Positions 11,561-21,786 of a stretch of 64,000 nucleotides of DNA are shown here, piece by piece. The notes below the pieces were generated by a model. It was not told where the DNA came from. It saw only the letters and a program-made list of their open reading frames with translations, and searched no databases. The DNA is from Isoptericola halotolerans. GTDB lineage: Bacteria > Actinomycetota > Actinomycetes > Actinomycetales > Cellulomonadaceae. Both the position numbers and the translations under genes were made by a program. The first letter of the stretch is position 1, and each line of letters starts with the position of its first letter. The stretch lies in the NCBI RefSeq assembly GCF_013149785.1, contig NZ_JABEZU010000001.1, positions 558,001 through 622,000 of the forward strand. The letters run 5' to 3'.

Positions 11561-12622
11561 TCAGGGCGGCGGGGCGGTGGACTCGCGGACGATCAGCTCC
11601 GTGGCGAGGTTGACCCTCGTGACCTCCGGGCGGACGCCGGCGGCGAGGTCGAGGACGATGCGAGTCGCGGCCGACGCCATCTCGGTCAGCGGCTGACGGA
11701 CCGTGGTGAGCGCCGGTGAGGTCCAGCGGGCGATCGGCAGGTCGTCGTAGCCGACCACGGACAGGTCCGCCGGGACGCGCAGCCCGAGCTCCTGCGCGGC
11801 CCGCAGCACGCCCATCGCCTGCATGTCCGACCCGGCGAAGATGGCCGTCGGGCGGTCGGCACGGTCGAGGAGCCGTCGGGTGGCCGCATAGCCCGCCTCC
11901 ACGTAGAAGTTGCCCGCGTCCACGAGGCCGGGGTCGACGTCGATCCCGGCGGTCTCCAGCGCGCTGCGGTAGCCGTCGAGCCGGGCGCGGCTGCACAGCA
12001 TGTCCGAGGGGCCGCCGATCGCGGCGATCCGCCGGTGGCCGAGCTCGACGAGGTGCCGGGTGGCTGCCAGGCCGCCGTTCCAGTTGTCCGATCCCACGGT
12101 GGGCACGTCGGCCGGTGTGTCGCCGTCGGTGTCGATGACGACGAACGGGATCGCGCGGCTCACCAGGCGTCTCTGCTGAGTCTCGGTGAGCTGGGAGGCG
12201 ACGAGCAGGACACCGACCGGTGGACGGGCGAGAGTCGTCTCGAGCCAGGTGCGCGGTGGGCGGTGCTCGCCTCCCAGCTCGGAGAGGATCACGCTGGTGC
12301 GGGCCGCGGCAGCAGCGCGCTCGACGCCGCGGATGATCTCCATGGACCAGGTCGAGCCGAGCTGGTGGAAGACCAGGTCGACCAGTCCGGCGCCGTCGGG
12401 CGGGGCACCGGGGCGCCGTCGCCGGTACTGGTGCCGTTCCAGCGCCTCCTCGACTCGTCGTCGAGTGGCCGGTGCGACGTCGGCCCGCCCGTTGAGCACC
12501 TTCGAGACGGTCGGGACGGACACCCCGATCTCCCGCGCAACCTGCGCGATCGTCGGTGGTGGTCCGGACCTCGCGGGCGAGGGTGTGCCCGGCGGGGACG
12601 GTGAGGTAGTGCCCTGGGTCAT
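11561..12622 (-). CDS. LacI family regulator (BxlR-like)
   Basis: TIAQVAREIGVSVPTVSKVLNGRADVA HTH, NWNGGLAATRHL, LTTVRQPLTEMA. Confidence 0.93.
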   Translation of the reverse strand: MTQGTTSPSPPGTPSPARSGPPPTIAQVAREIGVSVPTVSKVLNGRADVAPATRRRVEEALERHQYRRRRPGAPPDGAGLVDLVFHQLGSTWSMEIIRGVERAAAAARTSVILSELGGEHRPPRTWLETTLARPPVGVLLVASQLTETQQRRLVSRAIPFVVIDTDGDTPADVPTVGSDNWNGGLAATRHLVELGHRRIAAIGGPSDMLCSRARLDGYRSALETAGIDVDPGLVDAGNFYVEAGYAATRRLLDRADRPTAIFAGSDMQAMGVLRAAQELGLRVPADLSVVGYDDLPIARWTSPALTTVRQPLTEMASAATRIVLDLAAGVRPEVTRVNLATELIVRESTAPPP

Positions 12623-12781
12623 CCGGTCTTCCGTCGTTCGGGGTGTGTCGCAGTCGCTCGCAACTTTCGGCCACACAGTACTCCAGGTGGGACGGCGAAA
12701 ACGTTGTCATGGCATCGTTCTCACCCGCTCGGCCCCGATTCGCCAGCCGAGATCGAGACAGGACCGTGATGGAGGCAGCGC

Positions 12782-12847
12782 TTGACCGGATGTGATCTAC
12801 GCCCTAGTCTCCCGATTGCGGAAACGTTTTCTATGACGAAACTTTCG
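12782..12847 (+). promoter_or_regulatory. Sigma-A-type promoter plus LacI operators of the first ABC operon
   Basis: TTGACC (12782-87)-N17-TAGTCT (12805-10), then CGGAAACGTTTTCT (12819-32) and CGAAACTTTCG (12837-47). Confidence 0.7.
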
Positions 12848-12902
12848 TTCGCGGCATCGCTGCCGCGCCGAAGCACGACGACGTGACGGACCAGGAGCGC
12901 GC

Positions 12903-13934
12903 ATGGCACGAGGAACAGGCACGGTGGTCACCGCGCCCGTGGAGGTGAGTGCGACCGACGCCTCGCTCGCCGGCACCGGCGGGCGTGGTCGTGGGGCGGG
13001 GCGTCGGCGCACACGTCCCCGGAGGCCGGGACAGCAGACGTGGGCCGCGGCGATCCGCAAGGACTGGCGGCTGTACTCGTTCGTCGTGCTGCCGCTGCTC
13101 TTCTTCGCCGTCTTCAAGTACGCACCGATGCTGGGCAACGTCATCGCCTTCCGGCGGTTCCGGCCCGGTGGCAGCGTCCTCGGGGACGAGTGGGTGGGCT
13201 TCTACTACTTCGAGATGTTCATCCACAACCAGCAGTTCTGGCAGGTCTTCTGGAACACGGTCATCCTCGGCCTGCTCACCCTGCTGATCTGCTTCCCGCT
13301 GCCGATCGTGCTCGCGCTGCTGCTCAACGAGCTGCGCTCGCGCCGCTTCAAGAAGATCATCCAGACGATCTCCTACCTGCCGCACTTCATGTCGATCGTC
13401 ATCGTCGCCGGGCTGGTGCTCCAGCTCACCGCGGTGACGGGGACCGTCAACCAGATCATCGGCGCGTTCGGCGGCGACGCGGTCGCCTTCATGCAGCAAC
13501 CCGAGTGGTTCCGCACGATCTACGTCAGCTCCGAGGTCTGGCAGACGGTGGGGTGGGGGACGATCCTCTACCTCGCGGCGCTGACCACGATCGACGACCA
13601 GCTCTACGAGGCGTCTCGCATCGACGGCGCCAACCGATGGAAGCAGACGTGGCACATCACGCTGCCCGGTATCCGCCCCACGATGATGGTCCTGCTCATC
13701 CTCAACATCGGTTCGTTCATGGCGGTCGGCTTCGAGAAGGTGCTGCTGCTGCAGAACCCGCTCATCTACTCCACCGCGGACGTCATCTCCACCTATCTGT
13801 ACCGGGTGGGCATCCAGTCGGCCCAGTTCTCCTACGGCACGGCGATCGGCCTCTTCGAGGCGCTCATCGGGCTCGTCCTCGTCTTCTCCGCGAACTACGC
13901 CTCGCGCCGCATGGTTGGAGCCTCGCTGTGGTGA
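12903..13934 (+). CDS. Carbohydrate ABC transporter permease (LplB-like)
   Basis: EWVGF..F, ISYLPHFMS, EAA motif LYEASRIDGANRWKQ. Confidence 0.93.
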   Translation: MARGTGTVVTAPVEVSATDASLAGTGGRGRGAGRRRTRPRRPGQQTWAAAIRKDWRLYSFVVLPLLFFAVFKYAPMLGNVIAFRRFRPGGSVLGDEWVGFYYFEMFIHNQQFWQVFWNTVILGLLTLLICFPLPIVLALLLNELRSRRFKKIIQTISYLPHFMSIVIVAGLVLQLTAVTGTVNQIIGAFGGDAVAFMQQPEWFRTIYVSSEVWQTVGWGTILYLAALTTIDDQLYEASRIDGANRWKQTWHITLPGIRPTMMVLLILNIGSFMAVGFEKVLLLQNPLIYSTADVISTYLYRVGIQSAQFSYGTAIGLFEALIGLVLVFSANYASRRMVGASLW

Positions 13935-14848
13935 TCAACACGTCCACCCCCGATCTCGCCGCCGTCCGCAGCGAGCCGACGACGGTCAAGGACACCCGGG
14001 GCTACCGGGCGTTCCGTGTCGCGAACGTCATCATCCTGCTGAGCGTCTGCGCGGTGACCCTCTACCCGTTCGTCAACCTCGTCGCCAAGGCCTTCTCGTC
14101 CGAGGGCTTCATCGCCGCCGGAGAGGTCAACCTCTGGCCACGCGGGTTCAACATCGACACGTTCCGGTACGTCATGGGCGACCAGATGTTCTGGCTCAAC
14201 TACCGCAACACGGTGCTCTACACGGTCGTCGGGACCTTCATCTCGATGGTGCTGACCTCGACGTTCGCGTACGCCATCAGCAAGCCGCACCTCAAGGGGC
14301 GGACGTTCTTCATCTGGGTCGCCGTCTTCACGATGTTCTTCAGCGGCGGGCTCATCCCCAACTACATCCTGGTCGCGAACGTGCTCGGGATGCGGAACAC
14401 GATGTGGGCGATCGTCGTGCCGACCGCGATCTCGGTGTTCAACCTGCTGGTGATGAAGTCCTTCTTCGAGAACTTCCCCGCCGACCTCGAGGAGGCCGCG
14501 GCGATCGACGGCCTGACCACCTACGGGATCTTCCTCCGGGTGGTGCTCCCGCTCTCGAAGGCCGTGCTCGCCACGATGACGCTCTTCTACGCCGTCGGGA
14601 TGTGGAACTCGTGGTTCAGCGCGTTCCTCTATCTCGACCAGCGTGAGCTCTTCCCGGTGACGGTCTACCTGCGCAACATGATCGCCGCCGCCGGTCCCGC
14701 GGTCGACCCGAGTCAGGACGCCGTCCAGATCGGGGCCAACATCCAGTCGGTGACGATGCTGCTCACCGTGCTGCCCATCATCTGTTTCTACCCGTTCATC
14801 CAGAGGTACTTCGTCTCCGGGATCATGCTCGGCTCGGTCAAGGGTTGA
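13931..14848 (+). CDS. Carbohydrate ABC transporter permease (LplC-like)
   Basis: GTG overlaps previous stop. FTMFFSGGLIPNY, LEEAAAIDG, LPIICFYPFIQRYFVSG. Confidence 0.93.
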   Translation: MINTSTPDLAAVRSEPTTVKDTRGYRAFRVANVIILLSVCAVTLYPFVNLVAKAFSSEGFIAAGEVNLWPRGFNIDTFRYVMGDQMFWLNYRNTVLYTVVGTFISMVLTSTFAYAISKPHLKGRTFFIWVAVFTMFFSGGLIPNYILVANVLGMRNTMWAIVVPTAISVFNLLVMKSFFENFPADLEEAAAIDGLTTYGIFLRVVLPLSKAVLATMTLFYAVGMWNSWFSAFLYLDQRELFPVTVYLRNMIAAAGPAVDPSQDAVQIGANIQSVTMLLTVLPIICFYPFIQRYFVSGIMLGSVKG

Positions 14849-14916
14849 CCGTGCGGGCCGTCCCGGGAAAGCCGGTCGATGTCGAGAGCGACGACGCTCA
14901 TCACACGAGGAGAGAT

Positions 14917-16587
14917 ATGAACACCAACAGGATGCGTACGGCCACCGCCGTCGTGTCGGCCACGGCCCTGGCCCTCGGCCTGGCGGCCTGCGGCAGCAGC
15001 GACGACGACGCGGGCACGGGCGAGGAGAGCCCCGACGGCGGCGTCGCCATCGGGGCGGACCAGTCCGTCGGAGCGATGGAGGACTTCGGTGTCGGGACCA
15101 CGTTCCAGGCCACCGAGCCCGTCACGTTCTCGCTGATGTACCGGGACCACCCGAACTACGAGGTGACCGACGACTGGTCGATCTTCGAGCACCTCGAGCA
15201 GGACCACGGGGTGACGTTCTCACGGACCGACATCCCGCTGGCCGACTGGGAGCAGAAGCGGTCGCTGCTGATCGGTTCCGGCGAGGCCGCCGACCTCATG
15301 CCGGTGACCTATCCCGGCCAGGAGACGCAGTTCGTGTCCGGCGGGTCGCTCCTGCCGGTCTCCGACTACCTGGAGTACCTGCCCAACTTCCGGCAGAAGG
15401 TCGAGGAGTGGGGTCTGCAGGAGGAGATCGACAACCTCCGTCAGGACGACGACAAGTACTACATGCTGCCCGGCATCCGGGAGATCCCCGACGTCCAGTA
15501 CTCGGTCGTGATCCGTGACGACCTGTGGCGTGAGGCCGGCATCACCGAGGACCCTCAGACCTGGGAGGAGTTCGCCGAGGATCTCCAGACGGTCCAGGAC
15601 GCCCACCCCGAGCTCGACTACGCGTTCTCCGACCGGTGGACCGACGGTCAGCCGCTCGGCGCACTGCTCAACGTCATGGGACCGAACTTCGGCGCTGCCG
15701 GCGGCTGGGGCTACGCCAACACCTGGTACGACGAGCAGGCCGACGAGTTCGTCTTCAACGGGGCCAGCGACCAGTACCGCGCGATGCTCGAGACCGTGCG
15801 CGGCATGGTCGAGGCCGGCGTCATGGACCCGGAGATCACCCAGAGCGACGACCAGGCGGAGCAGAAGTTCATCTCGGGCCGCTCGGCTGCGCTGTCGAGC
15901 AACACCCAGGAGATCACCGCCCACCGGACCAAGTTCGCCGACGCAGGGGTCGACGCCGAGCTGCGTCTGCTCGTCATCCCGGGCGGACCGTTCGGGGACA
16001 ACCTCGCGGCGAGCCGACTGTCCTCGGGGCTGATGATCGCCAGCGCGGCCGCGGAGAAGCCTCACTTCGAGGCGTTGCTGCAGTACATCGACTGGCAGTA
16101 CTACTCGGACGAGGGCATCGAGTTCGCGCAGTGGGGCGTCGAGGGCGAGACGTTCGACCGGGAGGCCGACGGTACCCGGACGATGAAGGAGGACATCGGC
16201 TGGAACGCCATCAACCCGGACGCGTCGGAGCAGCTCAATGCCGACTACGGCTACAGCAACGGTGTGTTCCTGCTCGCCAACGGCACCACCCAGGATCTGC
16301 TCGAGTCGGTGATGTCCGACGAGATCAAGGAGTGGACCCGCGCCGTGCTGGAGCGCAAGGAGACCCTCCCCATCGCGCCGGCCGCGCGCCTCGACGAGCT
16401 CGAGCTGGAACAGACCTCCCTGCTGGACAGCCAGCTGAACGACGCCGTCCAGGCGGCGACGGCGGCCTTCATCACCGGCCAACGGTCGCTGGACGACTGG
16501 GACGCCTTCGCCGCCGAGATGGAAGGTCTGGGAGCCTCCCAGATCGTCGAGACGTACAACGCCGCCTACGCACGCCAGAGCGACTGA
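14917..16587 (+). CDS. ABC transporter sugar-binding lipoprotein
   Basis: AGGAG RBS, lipobox LGLAAC, acidic SBP body, WGVEGET motif. Confidence 0.9.
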   Translation: MNTNRMRTATAVVSATALALGLAACGSSDDDAGTGEESPDGGVAIGADQSVGAMEDFGVGTTFQATEPVTFSLMYRDHPNYEVTDDWSIFEHLEQDHGVTFSRTDIPLADWEQKRSLLIGSGEAADLMPVTYPGQETQFVSGGSLLPVSDYLEYLPNFRQKVEEWGLQEEIDNLRQDDDKYYMLPGIREIPDVQYSVVIRDDLWREAGITEDPQTWEEFAEDLQTVQDAHPELDYAFSDRWTDGQPLGALLNVMGPNFGAAGGWGYANTWYDEQADEFVFNGASDQYRAMLETVRGMVEAGVMDPEITQSDDQAEQKFISGRSAALSSNTQEITAHRTKFADAGVDAELRLLVIPGGPFGDNLAASRLSSGLMIASAAAEKPHFEALLQYIDWQYYSDEGIEFAQWGVEGETFDREADGTRTMKEDIGWNAINPDASEQLNADYGYSNGVFLLANGTTQDLLESVMSDEIKEWTRAVLERKETLPIAPAARLDELELEQTSLLDSQLNDAVQAATAAFITGQRSLDDWDAFAAEMEGLGASQIVETYNAAYARQSD

Positions 16588-16594
16588 CCAGCCA

Positions 16595-16630
16595 CGGGGC
16601 GCCTCCGGACCACGGTCCGGGGGCGCCCCG
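16595..16630 (+). terminator. Stem-loop after binding-protein gene
   Basis: CGGGGCGCCTCCGGACC / GGTCCGGGGGCGCCCCG, about 17 bp with one G-U pair. Confidence 0.65.
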
Positions 16631-16672
16631 CGCCGCCTGCTGAAGACCGCCACAGCACAGGAGAGCATCACC

Positions 16673-18208
16673 GTGACATCCCTCGTCGTGCCGTCCGAGC
16701 CCACCGGCGTCCTCTCGGACGCCTGGCGGACCTGTGTCGGCACCGGTCGGCTCAACCTCGCGCTGCGACGCGACCACCACGAGTCGCTCGCCCTGGCCCA
16801 GTCCGAGATCGGGTTCCGCCACGTACGGGGGCACGGGCTGCTCTCCGACGACATGGGCGTCCATCGCCCCTACGACGCCGCCGGGCACACGGGCACCCGG
16901 TACGGGTTCTCCTACGTCGACCAGGTCTTCGACGCCTGGCTGAGCCTCGGCATCCGGCCCTTCCTCGAGCTGGGGTTCATGCCGTCGGGCCTGGCGTCCG
17001 GGAGCCAGACCGTGTTCTGGTGGCAGGGGAACGTGACCCCGCCTCGCGACTACCGCGAGTGGGCGGACCTCGTCCAGCACCTGGTGCGCCACGCCGTCGA
17101 TCGCTACGGGCTCGACGAGGTGCGCCGGTGGCCGATCGAGGTCTGGAACGAGCCGAACCTCACGCAGTTCTGGCAGGGCGCCTCGCAGGAGGAGTACTTC
17201 CGCCTGTACGAGGTCACGGCGGCAGCGGTCAAGGACGTCGACCCTGCCCTGCAGGTCGGAGGGCCAGCCGTCTCGCCGGGGGCGGACGACTGGTGGCAGC
17301 CGTTCGCGGACTTCGTCACGGACCGTGACGTGCCCGTGGACTTCCTGTCGTTCCACGCCTACACCGCCGGTCCGGCGCAGCACGTCCCGTTCGGGACCTA
17401 CCAGTCGTTGCGTCCCCCGGAGGTGCTGCTGGAGCAGTTCGCCCGGCCCGCGCAGCTGCTCGCCGGGAGCCGGTTGGCGGGGCTGCCCGCCCACGTCACC
17501 GAGTTCAGCACGAGCTACCGACCGGACAACCCGGTGCACGACACGGCGTACCAGGCTGCCGCGTTGGCCCCGGTGCTCGCGCGGGGTGGCGACCTGGTGG
17601 ACTCCTTCTCCTACTGGACGTTCTGCGACGTCTTCGAGGAGGAGGGGGTCCCCACCACGATGTTCCACGGCGGGTTCGGCATGCTCGGGCACCGGCAGGT
17701 CCGCAAGCCGGTGTTCCACCTGTACGCCTTCATGGCCCGGATGGGGCGCGACGTGCTGCAACGTGGCGCGGACCACCTGGTCACGCGAGGTGCCGGCGGG
17801 CGGCTCACGGTGCTCGCGTGGCAGCCCGTGGGGGGAAGTGAGGCGCCACCGGAGACGGATCGTCACGCGCTGCGCCTGACCCTGCCGGTGGGCCCGACGG
17901 CGTCGCGCGTCTCGGTCCACAGGTCGCGGGTGGACGAGCAGCGGGGCAACGCCTTCACCGCCTGGCGTCATCTCGGCCGGCCGGCCTCACCGACCAGCCG
18001 CCAGCTCGCCGTCCTGGAGGAGGCAGCACAGCCCGAGCGCTCGACGACCTCGCTGCCCGTGGCCGACGGGAGGGTCGAGCTGCGGATCGAGCTCGAACGC
18101 CACGAGGTCACGCTCGTCGAGATCGACGTCGTGGACGACGAGACCCCGCCGTGGCTCGACGACGCCCGCATCCTCGGCCGTGCCGGCGATCCCGGTCAGG
18201 GCGCCTGA
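16673..18208 (+). CDS. GH39 beta-xylosidase
   Basis: CVGTGRL, RGHGLLSDDMG, ELGFMP, EVWNEPNL (acid/base), VTEFS (nucleophile), SYWTFCDVFEE. Confidence 0.95.
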   Translation: MTSLVVPSEPTGVLSDAWRTCVGTGRLNLALRRDHHESLALAQSEIGFRHVRGHGLLSDDMGVHRPYDAAGHTGTRYGFSYVDQVFDAWLSLGIRPFLELGFMPSGLASGSQTVFWWQGNVTPPRDYREWADLVQHLVRHAVDRYGLDEVRRWPIEVWNEPNLTQFWQGASQEEYFRLYEVTAAAVKDVDPALQVGGPAVSPGADDWWQPFADFVTDRDVPVDFLSFHAYTAGPAQHVPFGTYQSLRPPEVLLEQFARPAQLLAGSRLAGLPAHVTEFSTSYRPDNPVHDTAYQAAALAPVLARGGDLVDSFSYWTFCDVFEEEGVPTTMFHGGFGMLGHRQVRKPVFHLYAFMARMGRDVLQRGADHLVTRGAGGRLTVLAWQPVGGSEAPPETDRHALRLTLPVGPTASRVSVHRSRVDEQRGNAFTAWRHLGRPASPTSRQLAVLEEAAQPERSTTSLPVADGRVELRIELERHEVTLVEIDVVDDETPPWLDDARILGRAGDPGQGA

Positions 18209-18210
18209 CG

Positions 18211-18894
18211 ATGGCGGCGACCACGAGCAGCCGGGACTTCGGGGACGGCACGCTGAGCCGGGTGACCCGGGCCGTCTACTGGTACCTGGTGGTGGGGGTG
18301 CTCACCGCTCTCGGGTGCGCACCCACCCTGGTGCTGACGGCGCTGCTCGACCGGTCCAGCGGCAACGTCCTGCTCGTCCCGCTGTGCCTCGTGCCTGCCG
18401 TCCCGGTGTGGTCGGCGGCACTCTTCGCGATCGGACGCCGGCACGAGGCCGACGAGGCCGGACCGGCGCGGACGTTCGCCCGCGGGCTGCGGCTCACCGC
18501 CCGCGACGTGCTGGTCCTGGCCGCCCCCGCGCTCGCGTTGCTCGGGGTGATCGCCACGTCGGTGGTGCACCACGAGGCGGCGGGGGTGTCGGTGGGCTAC
18601 GCGGCGGTCCTCGTGGTCGTGGGCGTCGGTGTGGTCCTGTGGCTGCTGCAGGTGCTGCTGCTCTGCTCGGCGTTCACCTTCCGCACCCGGGACGCTGCAC
18701 GGCTCGCTCTCGAGCTCATGGGTCGGCACCTCCTGCCGACGGCGGGGCTTCTCGCGCTGCTCGTCGTGGCAGGGGCCGTGGTGTTCTGGTTCGGCGAGGC
18801 GGTCCTGACCTTGTTCGTCGTGGTGTGGCTGTGGTTCCTCCTGCGCACCGCCCAGCCCGTCCTGGAGGACGTCCGGCGGCGGTTCGTCGCCTGA
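18211..18894 (+). CDS. YesL/DUF624-like membrane protein
   Basis: Hydrophobic; SAALFA...FARGLR pattern; lies within the sugar ABC operon. Confidence 0.7.
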   Translation: MAATTSSRDFGDGTLSRVTRAVYWYLVVGVLTALGCAPTLVLTALLDRSSGNVLLVPLCLVPAVPVWSAALFAIGRRHEADEAGPARTFARGLRLTARDVLVLAAPALALLGVIATSVVHHEAAGVSVGYAAVLVVVGVGVVLWLLQVLLLCSAFTFRTRDAARLALELMGRHLLPTAGLLALLVVAGAVVFWFGEAVLTLFVVVWLWFLLRTAQPVLEDVRRRFVA

Positions 18895-18958
18895 GCCGGT
18901 GTCCGTTCCACCTACCGACCACGTCTGCCGTGTCCGCCCGACCGGAGGAGACCTGACC

Positions 18959-21037
18959 ATGACCGCTGAGTACGACCTGTCGCGCAAGATCCGGTACGGC
19001 GGCGACTACAACCCCGAGCAGTGGCCCCGGGAGATCTGGGAGGAGGACTATGCCGCCTTCGACCAGGCGTCGATCGACACGGTCACCCTCAACGTCTTCT
19101 CGTGGGCCACGCTGCAACCCGCCGAGGACGTCTACGACTTCGACCTGCTCGACGCCGTCGTCGGCCGGGCCGTCGAGGGCGGCCGAGACATCGTGCTCGC
19201 GACGTCGACCGGTGCCCTCCCGCCGTGGCTCGCTCATCGGCACCCGGAGGTGAACCGCACCGACTTCCAGGGCCGCCGGCACGTCTACGGCCAGCGCCAC
19301 AACGCCTGCCCGAGCTCGCCCGTCTACCGTCGGCTGTCGGCCGAGCTCGCGGGGCGCCTCGCCGAGCGGTATGCCGGTACGCCGGGGCTGGTCGCGTGGC
19401 ACGTCGGCAACGAGTACGGAGGGTACGACGGCGGCTGCTGGTGCGACCTGTGCGCCGCAGCCTTCCGCGTGTGGCTGCGCCGGCGCCACGGCACCCTCGA
19501 CCGTCTCAACGAGGCGTGGAACACGACGTTCTGGTCGCACACCTACTCCGACTGGGAGCAGGTCGTGCCGCCCAACATGCTCAGCGAGCACTGGCGAGGC
19601 CCCGACCACACCGCCTTCCAGGGCACCACGTTGGACTACCGACGCTTCCAGTCCGACGCGATGCTCCAGAACTTCCGTGACGAGAAGGAGCGGATCCGCG
19701 AGCACGACGTGGTGACACCCGTCACCACCAACCTCATGGGGATGTTCCGGCCCCTCGACTACCACCGGTGGGCCCCCGATCTCGACCTCGCCTCGTGGGA
19801 CAACTACCCGCCGGGCCAGCGCGAGCACGTCCGGATGGCGCTCGCGCACGACCTGATGCGTGGTCTCAAGGGCGGTGCCCCCTTCTGGGTCATGGAGCAG
19901 ACGCCGACCATCACCGCGTCGCGCGACGTGAACCCGGTGAAGCGGCCGGGCGTCCTGCGGCTGTGGTCGTGGCAGTCGGTCGCCCACGGGGCGGACGCCG
20001 TCCTGTACTTCCAGATGCGGCAGTCGCGGGGTGCGTGCGAGAAGTACCACGGGGCGGTGCTCGACCATGCGGGGCGGACAGACACCCGGTCGTTCCGCGA
20101 GGTGGCCGCGCTCGGCGCCGAGCTGCGCGACCTGGGTGACGCCGTCGTCGGCGCGCGCACGCCCGCCCGCGTGGCGATGCTGTTCGACTGGGACTCCTGG
20201 TGGGCGGCGGAGATGACCGACGGCTTCAACCGTCACGCCCGGTACGTGCCGACGGTGCTGGCCTACTACCGGGCGCTGTGGCAGGCAGGAGCCCAGGTCG
20301 ACGTCGTGCCGACGTCGGCGGACCTCTCGCGTTACGACGTCGTCGTGGCGCCGATGCTGCACCTGCTCAAGGGAGACATCGCCGACCGGCTCGAGGCCGT
20401 GGTGGCTCGCGGCGGGTCGGTGCTCTCGTCCTTCTGGGCCGGGCGGGTCGACGAGGACGACAACGCGTTCCTCCGGGACGCTCCCGGACCGCTCGGCCGG
20501 CTGTTCGGGCTGCGGGTCGAGGAGACGGACTCGGCCGAGCCTGGTGACGCCTGCCCGGTGCGGCTGACGGACCCCGGGACGGGGGAGGAGACCACGTGCG
20601 CGGCCGAGCTCGTCTTCGAGGTCGTCGTGCCGCAGGGCGCCGACGTCGTCGGCACCTACGGCGCCGAGTTCTATGCGGGCACGCCCGCGGTGACGCGCCA
20701 CCGGCACCCCGGCACCCCCGGGGAGTCGGCCGAGGCCATGACCGGCGAGGCGTGGTACGTCGCGACAGGGCTCGACGACGCCGGCACCGCCTGGGTGGTG
20801 CGTCAGGTGCTCGACCGGCACGGGCTGGTCGGACCGTACGCGGACGCCGCCGACGTCGAGCTCGCCGTGCGCGAGCGGGCCGGGCAGCGATACTCGTTCG
20901 TCCTCAACCACTCCGGCGAGGCGGTGGACGTCCCCGCGCACGCTGCGGGCACCGATCTGCTGACCCACCGGCGCATCGAGCGCGGAGAGGAGCTGCACCT
21001 GGCACCGACCGACGTGGTGGTCCTGCGCGAGGAGTGA
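18959..21037 (+). CDS. GH42 beta-galactosidase
   Basis: YGGDYNPEQW, WHVGNEY, CWCDLC Zn motif, WVMEQ, GACEKYHG. Confidence 0.95.
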   Translation: MTAEYDLSRKIRYGGDYNPEQWPREIWEEDYAAFDQASIDTVTLNVFSWATLQPAEDVYDFDLLDAVVGRAVEGGRDIVLATSTGALPPWLAHRHPEVNRTDFQGRRHVYGQRHNACPSSPVYRRLSAELAGRLAERYAGTPGLVAWHVGNEYGGYDGGCWCDLCAAAFRVWLRRRHGTLDRLNEAWNTTFWSHTYSDWEQVVPPNMLSEHWRGPDHTAFQGTTLDYRRFQSDAMLQNFRDEKERIREHDVVTPVTTNLMGMFRPLDYHRWAPDLDLASWDNYPPGQREHVRMALAHDLMRGLKGGAPFWVMEQTPTITASRDVNPVKRPGVLRLWSWQSVAHGADAVLYFQMRQSRGACEKYHGAVLDHAGRTDTRSFREVAALGAELRDLGDAVVGARTPARVAMLFDWDSWWAAEMTDGFNRHARYVPTVLAYYRALWQAGAQVDVVPTSADLSRYDVVVAPMLHLLKGDIADRLEAVVARGGSVLSSFWAGRVDEDDNAFLRDAPGPLGRLFGLRVEETDSAEPGDACPVRLTDPGTGEETTCAAELVFEVVVPQGADVVGTYGAEFYAGTPAVTRHRHPGTPGESAEAMTGEAWYVATGLDDAGTAWVVRQVLDRHGLVGPYADAADVELAVRERAGQRYSFVLNHSGEAVDVPAHAAGTDLLTHRRIERGEELHLAPTDVVVLREE

Positions 21038-21072
21038 CGCCGCCCGGTGGGCGAGTCAGTACGGTGAGCCCT

Positions 21073-21753
21073 GTGAACTCGACCGACGAAGGAAACCCGG
21101 CCGGCGCGGCACGAGAGACCCCGGTGGTCATCAGGCTGCTGGTGGTCGGGGTGCTGCTGGCTCTCGCCGTCTCTCCGACCGCGGTGCTGGTGACCCTGCT
21201 CGGGTTCGGGCCGGTCCCGGCCGCCGTCGGGACTCTCAGCGCGGTGTTCGTGGGGCCGGCGGTCTCGGCGGCGCTGTTCGCGCTGGGGGAGAAGGCCAGG
21301 GACGACGGCCTGTCGCCCGCCGCCGCCTTCGGTCGCGGCTACCGGCTCAACGCCGTGGACGTGCTGAAGCTCTGGTTGCCGACGCTGCTGGTGCTCGGCG
21401 TGCTGGCGTTCATGGTGGCGGACGCGCTGGCGCAGGGCGCCCCCGCGTGGGTCGTCGGGCTCGGTGTGGGCCTCTTCCTGCTGATCGTCCTGTGGCTCGT
21501 CCAGGCGACGGTGATCTCGTCCTACTTCGCGTTCCGCGGACGGGACGTGGCCCGGCTGGCCGTGTACTTCCTGGGGCGGTTGCCCAAGGTGACTCTCGTC
21601 GTCCTGGTCGTGGTCGTGCTCGCGACCCTCTTCGCCTGGCTGACGTCGGTGGCGCTGCTGGCCCTCCTCGGCGTGCTGTGGGTCGCCGTCCTGCTGCGCA
21701 GCGACAAGCCGCTGCTCGCCGAGGTACGGCTGCGGTTCGTGGAGGACGAGTGA
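21073..21753 (+). CDS. YesL/DUF624-like membrane protein (paralog of 18211)
   Basis: GPAVSAALFALG..AFGRGYRLNAVDVLKLW..FRGRDVARLA. GTG start follows TACGGT-N7. Confidence 0.7.
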   Translation: MNSTDEGNPAGAARETPVVIRLLVVGVLLALAVSPTAVLVTLLGFGPVPAAVGTLSAVFVGPAVSAALFALGEKARDDGLSPAAAFGRGYRLNAVDVLKLWLPTLLVLGVLAFMVADALAQGAPAWVVGLGVGLFLLIVLWLVQATVISSYFAFRGRDVARLAVYFLGRLPKVTLVVLVVVVLATLFAWLTSVALLALLGVLWVAVLLRSDKPLLAEVRLRFVEDE

Positions 21754-21786
21754 CCGGACCGCGCGGGACGTTGCTAGCGTGACGGC

